This document shows positions 16,000 through 29,822 of a stretch of 64,000 nucleotides of DNA, one piece after another. Below the pieces are notes generated by a model that was given only the letters and a program-made list of their open reading frames with translations, was not told the origin of the DNA and made no database searches. The DNA is taken from NCBI RefSeq assembly GCF_009914755.1, contig NC_060927.1; one strand, given 5' to 3'. The stretch is from the human T2T-CHM13v2.0 reference genome, Homo sapiens. Positions within the stretch are counted from its first letter, which is position 1, and every line of letters starts with the position of its first letter. A program made the position numbers and the translations under genes.

Positions 16000-18660
16000 T
16001 ATCACTCTATTCATTGCTTTCCTTCCTTTCTTTTAATACTTCTTCCCATTGTTACACCGTTATTTTTGTGTTTATGTTTACACCTCAGTATCACATGGAC
16101 ACTTTTCTCACTTCAAAAATTCCCCCTGTATATGCCGCCACAGTCGTTCTCCTCCAATCCTTACACGTTCACCTTTTTCAGAATATCATATCAACGGACT
16201 CATACAATATATAGCCTTTGGTATCTTGTTTATTTCATTTAGCAAAATGTATTTAAAATTTATACAGATTGGAGGGTGAATCAGTGGCTCGCTCCTTTTT
16301 ATTGCTGAATAGAAGTTCATTGTATCTAGGTACCAAAATTGGCTTACCTATTCTTCTGCTGAAAGACCTCAAATATGTTTCCAGTGTTTGGCAAATATGA
16401 GAAAAGAGTTGGTAAAAACATCCACATACATGATTTGTATGAAGATAACTTTTCATTACTCTTTAGTAAATAATTACGAGTTGGATTGTTGGGTCATATG
16501 GTAAGTGCATTCTGAAAAAAACTGCCAAAAATGTTTTCCAGTGTCTGTGCCATTTTGCATTCTCACCAGAAATGAATGAGCATTCCTCTTGCTTGCCAAC
16601 ATTTGGTATTGTCAGATTTTGGATTATTATTATTTTATTCATTATAATGTGTATAATACTGTATTATGGTTTTATTTGCATTTATCAAGACTAGTGATGT
16701 TGAGCATCTTTTCATTAATATAATTGGCATCTTCTTTAATAAAGTGTTTTTTTCAGATCTTTTGTGCATTTTCCTAATTAGGCAGTTTGTTTCTGTACTA
16801 TTGAGTTGTTAAGAGTTCTCTACATATTCTTGATATAAGTACTTTATCACATATATGACTTGCAAATACATTTGTCCATCTATATATCATCTTTTCATTC
16901 TTTTGAGAATCATTTTAAGAGCAAAAGTTAATTTTGAAAAAAATATAATTTATCGTTTTTTAACAGAACATGCCTTTGATGTTGCATCTAAAAATTTATT
17001 GAGAAATCCAAGATTACACAGATTTTATCCTATGTTTTTTCTAGAAATTTAAAAATTTTATGTTTTATTTTGAAATCTGTGACTCATTTTTGGTTCATCT
17101 TTGTGTGAAATGTGAGGTAAATGTTGAGTTTCATTTTTGCATATAAATATCCAATTATATTAGTAATATTTTCTTAAAAGACTGTATTTTATTACCTTTG
17201 ATCCTTTATAAAAACAATCAGTTTATTCCATTTTTTAAGCATATATTCCTGGGCTGCCCCTTCTGTTCCACTGCCCTATGTGTCTACTGTTTACCAACAT
17301 CACACTGTCTTGATAGCTATAGTTGATACTAAGTCTTTAAATCATGTAATTTGAGTCCACAAACATTGCTTTCCTTTTTCAGAATTGTTTTAACTATTCT
17401 AGTTACTCTTTCTTTTCATATAACTTTTAGGATCAGCTTGTCAGTATCTACAAAAAAAATTGACATGATTTTCATTGGAATCTTCTATAATCTATTGATC
17501 AAATTAGACAGAAGTGGCATCTTAATATTGGATCTTTCAATTTATGAGTATGGGATATCTCTACCTGTTTAGAACTCTGATCTTTGTCTTAAGTGTGTAA
17601 GAGTGCGGATGATATATCTGCACATGTTCTGATATATTTATACTTAAGTACTTCGTGATTTTGGTACTATTATAATTGATTTTGCTCTTTTTCTAGCTTC
17701 AAGTTCAAACTGCATATTGACAGCATAAAGAAACACAATTGACTTTTAAAGATTGAGTTGGTGTCCTACACCCATATTAATCTCACTTATTAGTCCCAGG
17801 AGCATTTTTGTACATTCTTTGGAATTTTCTACACTTATATTCAAGCTGTCTCTAAATACAAATAGTATTATTTTTTCCTTTCCATTCTGTATGTCTTTTA
17901 TTTCATTTTCTTTCCTCGTTGCACTGATTGGGACTTCTGCTATGATGTTAAATAAGAACAGTCTAACAAGAGATCTTGAGCTTATTTCTGATCTTTGGGG
18001 CAAAGACAATATGTGATTATCAATAACCATGATAATTTCAATTAATTGAAATAATATATAAATTATTTGTATATGCTTTCTATTAGGATAAGGATGTTCC
18101 TTCTATTATTTCTAATTTTCTGAGAGTTTTTTTAATCATAAATGGATGTTTAATTTGATTGAATGCTTTTTTCTGGTACTATTGGAATGATGATATTATT
18201 TTCTTATTTATCCTGTTAATGCTGTGAATTACAATGATAGATTTTTGTATGCTGAACAAGCCTTATATTCTTAGATGAACCACAATGGTTGTGACAATTA
18301 TCCTTTTTATTTATTACTGAATTTGATTTGCTGACATGTTGTCAAGGATTTTTATGTCTATGTTCATGAAGGATATTGAGCTGTTGTATTTGTATAGTGT
18401 CTTTGTATAATGTCTTTGTTTTTTGTATTAAGGTATTGCTGAACTCGTAGAATGAATTGGGAATGATTCCTTTTATTCTATTTATGAAAGAAATTTTGTA
18501 GAAATTTTATTATTTATTCCTTAAATATTTGCCATAATTCACGAGTAAAACCATCTGGGCTGGCAGTCTTTTCTCATTTTTTTTTTTCCCTTTTGAAATG
18601 TTTTTTATTTTTTAAAAAAGTTAAATTTTTAATAGACACAGGACTATTCAGTTTATCTCT
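16000..18660 (-). mobile_element. Old L1M (MB/MC-type) 3'UTR plus ORF2, resuming at about 26163
   Basis: ORF 17746..18030 is RT-like (LFNIIAEV, KEIK-like, NLISEI-like); collinear with ORF 26235..26441. Confidence 0.8.
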
Positions 18661-20459
18661 TTATTCTTTTTATTTTTTCAAATTTTCATTTGATATTTAG
18701 GGGGTACATCCACAGGTGTGTTACCTGGGCATATTGTGTGATGCTGAGGTTTACGATATGAATAATCCTATTACCCACGTACTGAGCATAGTACCCACAG
18801 TTTTTCAACTCTGTCCTCCCTCCTGCCTACCTGCTCTTGTAGTCCCCAATTTCTATTGTTGCCATCTTTATGTCCATGAATACCCAACGTTTGACTCCCA
18901 CTTATAAATGAGAACATGCAGTATTTGGTTTTCTGTTCCTGCATTAATTCACTTAGGATAGTGGCCTCCAGCTGTGTCCATGTTGCTTCCAAGGGTATCA
19001 TTTCATTCATTTTTATGGCCAGGTAGTATTCCATGGTGTATATGTACCACATTTTCTTAATCCAATCCACTGTTGGTGGACACTTAGGTTGATTCCTTGT
19101 CTTTGCTATTGTGAATAGTGCTGCAATGAACACACGAGTGTGTGTGTCTTTTTGGTAGAATGATTTTTCTTTTGGATATATACCCAGAAACAGACTGCTG
19201 GGTCAAATGGTAATTCTGTGTTATTTCTTGGAAATTTCCTGGAAATTTCTTGAGAAATTTCCAAACTGCTTTCCACCAGGGTTTAATTAATTTACATTCC
19301 CACCAAGAGTGCATAAGTGTTTCCATTTCTCCTCAGCCTCACCAGCATGGGTTGTTTTTAGCCTTTTTGAAAATAGCCATTCTGAGTGGTGTAAGATGGT
19401 ATTTCATTGTACTTTTGATTTGCATTTCTCTAATGGTTAGTGATATGAAGCATTTTTTCAAGTCCGTTGGCTTCTTGTATGTCTTCTTTTGAGATGTATC
19501 TGTTCATGTGTTTTGCCCATTTTCATTTTTTTAATGGGGTTATTTGGTTTTTGCTTGTTCAAATGCTTAAGTGCCTTATAGATTCTGGATATTAGACCTT
19601 TGTTGGATGTGTAGTTTGTGAATATTTTCTCCCATTCTGTAAGTTTCATGTTTACTCTGTTGATAGTTTCTTCTGCTGTGCAGAAGCTCCTTAGTTAAAT
19701 TGGGTTCCACCTGTCAATCTTATCTTTGTTGTAATTGCTTTTGAGGACTAACTCATAAATTTTTTCCTAAGGCCGATGTCCACAATAGTGTTCTATAGGT
19801 TTTCTTCTAGAATTTTTATACTTTGAGGTCTTACTTTTAAACCTTTAATTCACCTTAGTTAATTTTTTATATGGTGAAAGGTAGGGATCCAGTTTTATTC
19901 TTCTGCATATGGCTAGCCAGCTATCCATTACCATTTATTGAATACAGACTCCTCCCATTGCTTATTTTTGTTGATTTTATCAAAGATCTGATGATTGTAC
20001 ATGTGTGTCCTTATTTCTGCATTCTCTATTCTGTTTTATTAGTCTATGTGTCTATTTTTGTACCAGTACCATGATGTTTTGTTACCCTTATAATATAGTT
20101 TGAAGTCAGACAATGTAATGCTCCTGGTTTTGTTCTTTTGCTTAGGATTTCTTTGGCTATTTAGGCTCTTTTTTCGTTCCACATAAATTGTAGAAGTTTC
20201 TTCAGGTTCTGTGAAAAATTTTATTGGTAGTTTGATAGGAATAACATTGAATTTCTAGATTGGGAGCAATATGGCCATTTTTAATATTTTGACTCTTCCA
20301 ATTCATGATAATGGAATGTTCCTTTATTTCTTTGTGTCATCCATGATTTCTTTTAGCAGTGTTTTGTAGTTCTCCTTTTAGAGATCTTTCACCTCCTTGG
20401 TTAGACATATTCCTAGGTATTTTAATTTTTTGTGCTATTGTAGATGGGATTGCATTTTT

Positions 20460-20729
20460 AAATTATTTTTATTTTTAACTTTTATGGGTATATAGTAGTT
20501 ATATATATATATGAAATAAATGATACATTTGGGTACAGGCATGCAATGCATAATTATCACATCATGGAAAATTGGTTATCCCTCCCCTCAAGCATATATC
20601 ATTTGTGTTACAAACAATCTATCTATACACTTTTAGTTATTTTTAAAAGTACACTTAATCTATTATTGACTATAGTCCCCTTGTTGTGCTATCAAATGCT
20701 ATGTCTTATTCATTTTTTCAACCCATGGA
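20460..20729 (-). mobile_element. Short L1MA1/2-like 3' end inserted in the L1PA16 ORF2
   Basis: 'tacaggcatgcaatgcataat...cctcaagcat'; 14-bp TSD gggattgcatt(t/c)tt at 20446-20459 and 20730-20743. Confidence 0.85.
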
Positions 20730-21798
20730 GGGATTGCATTCTTGATATGGCCGTCTGCTGGAACGTTATTGTTGTATAGAAATGCGACCAGTTTTTGTAC
20801 ATGGATTTTGTTTCCTGAAACTTGACTAAAATTATTTATCAGTTCCAGGAGCCTCTTGGCAGAGTCTTTAGAGTTTTCTAAGTATAGAATCATATTGTCT
20901 CTGAAGAGAGACACTTTGACTTCTTTTCCTATTTGGATGCCTTTTATGTGTTTCTCTTGCCTAACTGCTGTGGATAGCACTTCCAATACTATGTTGAATA
21001 GGAGTGGTGAAAGTGGGCATCTTGTCTTATTCCAGTTTTCAAGGGAAATGTTTTCAGTTTCTGCCAATTCAGTATGATGTTGGCTATGGGTTTATCATAG
21101 ATGGCTCTTATTAATTTGAGGTATGTTCCTTCACTGCCTAGTTTATTGAGAGTTTTTATCATGAAGGGATGTTAGATTTTACTGATGGCTTTTTCCATAT
21201 CTATTAAGATGGCCATATGGTTTTTGGTTTTTAATTCTATTTATGTGATAAATCACCCTTATTGATTTGCCTATGTTGAGCCAACCTTGCATCCCAGAAA
21301 TGAAGGCTACTTGATCGTGGTAAATTAACTCTTTGATATGTTGCTGGATTTCGTTTGCTAGTATTTTGTTGAAGATTTTTGCATCAATGTTAATTAGGGA
21401 TATTGGCCTGAACTTTTCTTTTTTGAATGTGTCTTTGCCTAGTTTTGGTATCAGGTGATGCTGGCTTCTTAGCAAGAGTTAGAGAGGAGTTCTTCCTCAA
21501 TTTTTTGAAATGGTTTCAGTAGAATTGGTATCAGCTTTTTTTTTTTTTTTTTGTACATCTGGTTAAAATTTGGCTATGAATTCATATGGTGTAGGGTATT
21601 TTTGGCTGGTAGATGTTTATCACTGATTCAATTTCTGAATTCAATATTGGTCTGTTCAGGGTTTCACTTTCTCCTGGTTCAATCTTGGGAGATTGTGTTT
21701 TCAGGAATTTATTTATTCCCTCTAGATTTTCTAATGTGTGAGTTGTTCATAAAAGTCTGAGGATCTTTTATTTCTGTGTAACTGCATGCAAACAACAC

Positions 21799-22181
21799 TG
21801 ATATGATTTTGCTCTGTGTCCCTACCCAAATCTCACCTTTAATCATAATACCCATAATGCCCACGTGTCAAAGGTTGGGACCAAGTGGCGGTAATTTGAT
21901 CATGGGGGTGGTTTCCCCCAAGCTGTTCTCTTGATAATATAAGTGAGTCTCATGAGATCTGATGGTTTTATAAGTGTCTGGTATTTCCCCTACTTGCACT
22001 CACATTGTCAGGCCGCCCTGTAAAGAAGGTGCCTGCTTCTCCTTTTCCTTCTATCATGATTGTAAGTTTCTTGAGACTTCCCCAGCAATGCGGAACTGTG
22101 AGTCAAGTAAACCTCTTTTCTTTATAAATTACTCAGTCTCGGGTGTTTCTTCATAGCAGTGTGAGAACGGGGACTAATACA
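21799..22181 (+). mobile_element. THE1D-like solo LTR nested in L1
   Basis: 'tgatatg...tgtgtccctacccaaatctcac' to 'gactaataca'; flanks aacac/atcac. Confidence 0.92.
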
Positions 22182-24096
22182 ATCACCTTTGTTTTTTTCT
22201 GCTTGCATTTATTCTTTCTTTATTCGTTCTTAATCTAGATAGTGGTCTATCAACTTGTTTATCCTTTTAAAACATCAACTTTTGGTTTCATTGATTGTCT
22301 GTGTGGATTTTCATGTCTCAATTTCACTCAGTTTTGCTTTAGTTTTTTCTTTTCTTCTATCTTTGAGACTAGTTTTTCTTTTTTTCTAGTTCCACTCGGT
22401 GTGACGTTAGATCATTTGAGATCTAATTTTTGAGACAGGCTTTTAGCATTACCAGCTTTCCTCTTAACACTGCTTTTGCTGCATCTCAAAGATTTTTGTG
22501 TGTTGTGTCTCTGTTTTCATTTATTTCAAGGAATGTTTTGATTTCTGCCTTAATTTTACTGTTTACCCAAAAGTCAGTCATAAGCATTTGTTTAATTTTC
22601 ATTTACTTGTGTGGTTTTGTGTGATTTTATTGGTATTGAGTTCTATTTTTATTCTACTGTGGTCGAAGAATATGGTTGGTATAATTTTGATTTTTAAAAA
22701 AAATTTATTTAGGCTTGCTTTACAGCCAATAATGTGGTCCATTGTAGAGTATATTCCTTGTGCAGATGAGAAGAAAGTATATTCTGTGGTTGATGGGTGA
22801 AGTATTCTATAGTTGTCTATTAGGTCCAATTGGTCAAGTGTGAAATTTAAGCCCAGAATTTCTTTGTTAGTCTTTTGCCTTGATGATATGTTTGATGCTG
22901 TCAATGGGGTGTTGATGTCACCCACTATTATTATGTATCATAGTCTTTTTGTAGGTCTAGAAGTACTTGTTTTATAAATCTGGGTGCTTCAATGTTGGTT
23001 GTGTATATATATTAAGGATAGTTAAGTCTTCTTGTTGCACTGATCCCTTTCTCATTATATCACGCCCTTCTTTGACCTTTTATTACTATTGTTGGTTTAA
23101 GGTCTGTTTTATCTGATATAAAAATAGTGATCCCTGCTGTTTTGTTTTCCATTTGTATTGTAACTCTCTCTCTTATACTTTGCTTTGAAGCTATGTGTGT
23201 CAGTATGTGAGGGATGGGTATCTTGAAAACAGCAGATGCATTTTTTTTTTATTTGTCCATTTACATTCAAGGTTAATATTGGTATGTGAGGTTTTGATCC
23301 TATTGTGAAGTTGTTAGATGGCTGCTTTGTAGTTACTATTGTACGGTTGCTTTTAGGGTCTGTGGGCTATGTACTTAAGTGTGCCTTTGTGGTAGCAGGT
23401 ATTGTTCTTTCATTTCCATATGTAGAATTCCCTTATGATCTTTTATAAGGCTGGTCTAGTGGTGTTAAATTCCCTTACTGCTTGCTTGTCTTGCTTATCT
23501 GAAAAAATAACTGGGTTAATGCAAATGATTGGTCTTTAAGCTCTGAAATTTCTTCTGCATGGTCCAGCCTATTGATAAATCTTTCAATTATATTTTGAAA
23601 TTCCTTAAGTGAGTTTTTCAATTCCAGAAGCTTTGATTGATTTATATTTTTAGATTTTTATCTCTTTCTTAATTTCCTGGATTGCTCTATAAGTTTCTTT
23701 GTGTGGATTTTCAACGTTGTCTTGGATCTCATTGAGCTTTCTTGCAATCCATGCTTTGAGCTCTTTTCTGTCATTTCTGAGTTTCACTTTTAGTTATGGG
23801 CTATAGATGGAGAGCTAGCACATGCCTTTGGTGTTGTCACTATATTCAGGTTTTTCATGGTGCCAGAATTGTTGTGCTGGTTTATTCTCATCTGGAGATG
23901 CTGGTACTTCTAACCTTTGTAATTATTTTCATGTGGGTAGTATGTTTATCTTTTTCTTTCTTTCCCTACATCATTGTGAGTTTTTTTTTCTATCCCTTTT
24001 ATTTCCCTCCTTTTCTAGGGAGTGTTACTATAGAAAATGTGGTGTAGGGTCTTTTGGCTTTGCTTCTATAGCTCTATGGACTTCTGTCAGCAGATT

Positions 24097-24407
<311 letters not shown>

Positions 24408-24785
24408 CTGTCAGCAGATTTTATATTGGGGTGTACAGTTCAACCTAGAGGCCAGTAGATGGCATTTATAGGAAAGAGCCAGCTGCGGCCAACGTGGCTG
24501 GGTGTATATTTTGTTTACTAAAGAAAGCTCTGTGTTGCCTTAGGCAATGGGCTGATTTGTATAATGCACAGCGATCTGAGCTCCCTGCTCAGCTACGGAG
24601 GAGAGGAGGGCAGAGGCCACAATGGGCAGGGCTGGACTGAGTAGGTTTGCCTACAAGGTCTCCTGATGGCAGGCACAAGCACCAGTGCCAAGGGAAAATC
24701 CAGTGAGTGGCTGCCAAGTACCCAGAGGTGTGGGCAACCCTCTCAGCTCAAAGTTATTTGCACAGAGATGGGACCAGCCTAAACT

Positions 24786-25440
24786 CCTAATCCAGGAGAG
24801 TGGGTACTCCAGATTCCTGTAGATCTGCCTGGGCATGAGGCAGAGAGGGGCCCCCCTGCATGAAGATATCTGCATAGGACAGGTGGGGGCAACTCATGTT
24901 GCTGATCCAGGCAAACAGATGCTCTGAATGCCTGGAGATATGCCTGGGGGTGAAGCATAGAGGGCCTCACTGTACCACAATCTATGTCCAGGAAGGATTA
25001 GGTGGCTCAGGCTGCTGAGCCAGGAAAGCATGTGCTCTAGATATCTGGAGTTCTGTCTGGGAATGAAGCAGAGTCTCCCTGCACCTGGGTTTCTGCATAG
25101 AAAGGGTGGAGTGGGTCAGATTGCTGATTCAGGTAAGTGAGTATTCCAAATGCCTAGAGATCTGCCCAAGCATGGAGCAGAGAGAGCCCTGCTGCACCAC
25201 GACTTATGCCCAGGAGTGGTGGAGTGGCTTAGGATACTGAACCAGGCAAATGGGTGCTCTGTATGGCTGTCAATCTGCCTGGGAACAGATAGGGCCTTGC
25301 TACTTTATGATCTATGTCCATGAAGAGTAGGGTGTCTCAGGCTTCTGGTCCTGATAAGTGAGAGTTCCAAAATCCTGAATTTCTGCCTGGGGATGGCACA
25401 GAGAGGGCCCTGCTGCACCATGATATCAGGGGAGCAGGTT
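24786..25440. repeat. Diverged tandem array of about 6 x 112 bp in the L1 5'UTR
   Basis: units start at about 24786, 24901, 25014, 25123, 25236, 25344, each 'gctga.ccagg...g.t/ctcc.aatgcctggagatctgcctggg...agagggcc...tgcacc'. Confidence 0.85.
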
Positions 25441-26162
25441 GGGGTACCCACCAATGAGACATGCAGACCAGTTCCAGGTCACCAAGATGGCCCTGACTGC
25501 AAGTCTTGCCACCCAGGAGAAACTGCAGGTGTAGCATCTCTCCTTCTGCCCCAGGCTTGTGACAGGAAGAGCACAATTCTGGCACCTATTGCTGGGACAC
25601 TTTCCACGGTTTTGGCTATGGAGGCCCCTATCCAACTCCAGAGTAGGCACTCCAATCTCTGGTCTGAGACTAAGATGCTTGCACGGCCATGCGGCTGGGT
25701 CACTAAAAAATGGCACCCAGATTATATGCACCCAGATTAAAAATGTCATCTTGCTCTCTGTCCCAGGTCTGGGAAAATATCTGCAACTTTTCCCAGTATC
25801 TTTCCCTCATAGTATCTCCAAATCTTTTCCCAAGTTATCTCCAGGGCTTGAGATAAACGAAGTACACTTCTTCAGCCTGGGTTTCTCAGATCACCAGTGG
25901 AGAGGTGAATCACAGAAGGAGATTCTCTGCCTCCCTTATGTACTGGAGCTTCACTCACTTTTACCAGCTAAATGCTGTCACAGGGAATAGTCATCGGTGT
26001 TCTCTTCCCTGCAATCTGGAGGATCCTTCATAGTTCCAGTGGATTCCCATTTTTCTTCTTTAATTAAAGCTCACAGAGTTGATCTTTATGCACAGTCTTG
26101 CTATTTTCAAGTGGTGGAGGCATGCTAAAAGCCTCTAATCTGTCATCTTGGAATTTAAAGGG

Positions 26163-27455
26163 TTATTCTTCTTGCATGAGAATTAGTAGTATGTATTTTT
26201 CAAGAATTGATATATGTAATCTAAGTTGTGTAATTTATAGGCATATAATTTTTGTAGTATTCTTTTTATTGTTTTTTAACATATTTGAGATAGTGATGTT
26301 TCCCCTTTGATTTCTTGTGTTAATTATTTCATCAATTTTTTTTCTCTTCATCCGCTGTGCTAGAAATTTGTCAATATTATTGATAGAGCCAGCTTTTGGT
26401 TTAATTAATATTCTCCATGGCTTTTCTATTTTTAGTTTCATTAATTATTTTTTCTTCATTTTCTTTGTGGTAAATGTGCTCATCTTTTTCTAGTTTCTGA
26501 AGTTGGAAATAGGTTACTGGAGCTAGATCTTTCTTATTTTTTAATATAAACATTCAATGCTATAAATTTCCCCTTAAGCACTGTTTCAGCTACCTCTCAC
26601 AAATTTTTATATGCTGTACTTTCATTTTTATTAGATCAATATTTTAAAAAATGTTATTGTGATAGCTTTTCAAGTTATTTGAAAGTATGTATTTAATTTC
26701 CAAATATTTGGTGATATGGTTTGGCTCTGTGTTCCCACTCAAATCTCATTTCAAATTGTAATCCCCACATGTCAAGGGAGGGACCTGGTGGGAGGTGATT
26801 GGATCATAGGGGCAGTTTTCCCCATGCTGTTCTGTGATAATGAGGTAGTTCTCATGAGATCTGGTTGTTTGATAAGTGTCTGGCATTTCCCCTGCACTCT
26901 TTCTCTCTCTCTGCTGCCACCTTGTGCAGACAGTGCCTGCTTGCCCTTTGCCTTCCACCATGATTGAAAGTTTCCTGAGGCCTCCCCAGCTAGGCAGAAC
27001 CATGAGTCAATTAAGCCTCTTTTCTTTACTATTTACCCAGTCTCAGGTAGTATCTTTATAGCAGTGTGAAAACAGACTAATGCATTTGGCTTCTAAGTGT
27101 CTCTTGTTATTGATTTTAGCTTTAATTTTGTGATAGTCTAAGACCTAGAACATATTCTGAGTCATAAAATAAACTGTAACAATAAGTTCTAGCTTGGTGC
27201 ATGTTCCATGTATGCTTGAGAAGAATGTATATTTTGCTATTTTTTGGTGGAGTGCCCGATAAATATAAATTAGGTTAAGGTACTTGATAGTTGAGGGTAT
27301 CTATATCCTAACTGACTTCTGCTTACATATTCATATCAATTACTGAAAGAGAAAAGTTGATGTCTCCAACTATAGCTGTGAGTTTTTATATTTTTCCTTT
27401 TAGACCTGTCCATTTTTGTCTCACATATTTTGAAGCTCTGTTGATAAGTGCATAG
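26163..27455 (-). mobile_element. Old L1M ORF2, continuing the 16-18.6 kb element
   Basis: ORF 26235..26441 (INNIDKFLA, NQRGNIT); 'gctataaatttccc', 'cttgagaagaatgtatattttgct'. Confidence 0.75.
26712..27084 (+). mobile_element. THE1D/MSTA-type solo LTR
   Basis: 'tgatatggtttggctctgtg' to 'gactaatgca'; perfect TSD TTTGG. Confidence 0.92.
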
Positions 27456-27589
27456 AAGAAATATGTATTCTCAAAAAGATAATGTCAGAAGTTTATAATG
27501 ATATTTTCAGTTCAACTGTAAAACTAGTTTTTATGCTAGTTATTTGATTTTATATTAATTAACCTTTTTTTCATGTTTCTGAAACACTT

Positions 27590-28500
27590 TAGGAGCATTA
27601 AAATTTACACTTTTCTATCAGTAAGAGAATTAGTTCATATATTTAAGGGCCATCTTAAATTATTTTTCTGCAAAATGTCTATTCATAAATTTGGTCCATT
27701 TTTCTCTTGGTCTTCCCCTTCTTAATTCTCATTCTTTATGTGTTGGAACTTTTAAGCCTAATTTCCTGTTATATACTTCTGTATACCTTTTCTCAAATTT
27801 TTACATTTTTCTTTGGCTTTGTCAATGCTTTTTAAGCTATAAATGTTTTGTAATGTAATCAAAGTCAATGTGTTATTTCTTCTGGATTTTGAATCATAGT
27901 TACAGAAATGTTTCCTCTTTCATTTTATGATGAAATTAATCTATTGTTTTCTAGAAAGTTTACAGCCTTTTCAAAAAAATTACCTCCTTTAACTATTAGT
28001 GATTTGTTTACACATGGGTGATAATAAATGTGTTTTTTCCAAATGCTTATCCAGTTTTTAAATAACATTTATTAAAAAGCCTGTCCATTCTCTATTGAGA
28101 TGCCATTTATGCCATGTATTAAGATTCCATATGCCCTTGTACATTTTTCAGAGCTTTTGCTTTTGTTCCATTAATCTGAATGGCCATTCCTAAGCCAATA
28201 ACAACACTGATTTAATTATAGAAATTGTAATTTGGTAGGCCTGTTCCCCAGATTGCTCTTCTTTTTGGGGATTTCCCAGCTATACGTGGTCTTCAAGAAT
28301 AGCACTGTCTTCACTTCGTGTAATTATAAAAAATAACATATGCATTGTATTGGGAATCCACTGAATTTATATATTTATTTAGGGAGCATTGGCATCTCTC
28401 CAATACTCCTTGGTCTCCCTGACCATACACATTTTTCTCTTCTATTTGTTCAAGTCAAGTTTTTATAATAGATAATTATTTCAAAATTTTTCTCATATAG
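27590..28500 (-). mobile_element. Ancient L1ME-like fragment
   Basis: degraded antisense ORF2 3' motifs. Confidence 0.5.
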
Positions 28501-28502
28501 AT

Positions 28503-29822
28503 TTTGATTTTTTTAACTTTTATTTTAGGTTTAGGGGTACATGTGCAGGTTTGTTATACAAGTAAATTGTGTGTTGCAGGGGTTTGGTGGAAAGATTATT
28601 TTATCACCCAAGTAATAAGCATAGTACCTGATAGGTAGTTTCTTGATCTCCCTACTCCCACCCTCTACCCTCAAGTAGTCCCCAGTGTTTGTTGTTCCCT
28701 TCTTTGTGTATACATGTACTCAAAGTTTAGCTACCACTTAGAAGTGACAGCATGTGTCATTTGATTTTCTGTTTCTGTGTTAGTTTGCTTATGATAATGG
28801 CCCCAAGCTCCACTCAAGATGCTGCAAAGGACACACGATCTCATTCTTTTTATGCCTGCATAGTATTCCATGGTGTATACATACCACATTTTCTTTATTC
28901 AGTCTATCATTAATGGGCATTTAGGTTGATTCCATGTCTTTGCTATTGTGAATAGTGCTGTGATGAACATATATGTGCATGTGTTTTTAGGGTAGAACAA
29001 TTTATATTCCTTTGGGTATATAACCAATAATGGAATTTCTGGTGGAATGGTACTTCTATTTTACATTCTTTGATAAATTGCCAAACTGCTTTCCATGATG
29101 GCTGAATTAATTTACATTCTCACCAGCAGTATATAAGCACTCCCTTTGTTCCACAAATTTACCAGAATCTGTTATTTTTTGATTTTTTAATAATAGCCAT
29201 TCTGACTGGTGTGAGATGTTATCTCATTGTGATTTTGATTTGCATTTCTCTAATGATTCATGATGTTGAGCATTTTTTATATGCTTGTTGGCCATGTGTA
29301 TGCCTTCTTTTGAATAGTGTCTGTTCATGTCATTTGCCCTTTTTTAGTGGCGTTGTTTTTTGCTTACAAATTTGCTTAAGTTCCTTATAGATTCTGGGTA
29401 TTAGACCTTTGTCAGATGCATAGTTTGCAAATATTTTCTCCCATTCTGTAGGTTGTTTGTTTACTCTGCTGATAGTGTCTTTTGCTGTGGAGAGGTCTTT
29501 AGTTTCATTAGGTCTCATTTGTCAGTTTTTGTTTTTGTTGCAATTGCTTTTGGTGTCTTCATTATAAAATCTTTGCCAGGTCCTATGTCCAGAATGGTAT
29601 TTCCTAGGTTATCTTCCAAGGTTTTTATAGTTTTTCATTTTACATTTAAGTGTTTAATCCATCTTGATTTGATTTTTGTATATGGTGCAAGGAAGGGGTC
29701 CATCTTCAGTCTCCTGCACATGGCTAGACAGCTAGCTATCTCGGCATCATTTATTACATAGGAAGTTCTTTCCCATTGCTTGTTTTTGTCAATTTTGTTG
29801 AATATCAGATGGTTGTACGTGT
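28503..29822 (-). mobile_element. 5'-truncated L1PA13-15-type element
   Basis: 'ggggtacatgtgcaggtttgtta'; ORF 29330..29518 ([19 protein letters not shown]). Confidence 0.92.

Noticed and set aside
24786-25440. Periodic array as CRISPR-like
   Set aside because: Whole units are homologous with no unique spacers, there are no cas genes, and the context is a eukaryotic L1 5'UTR.
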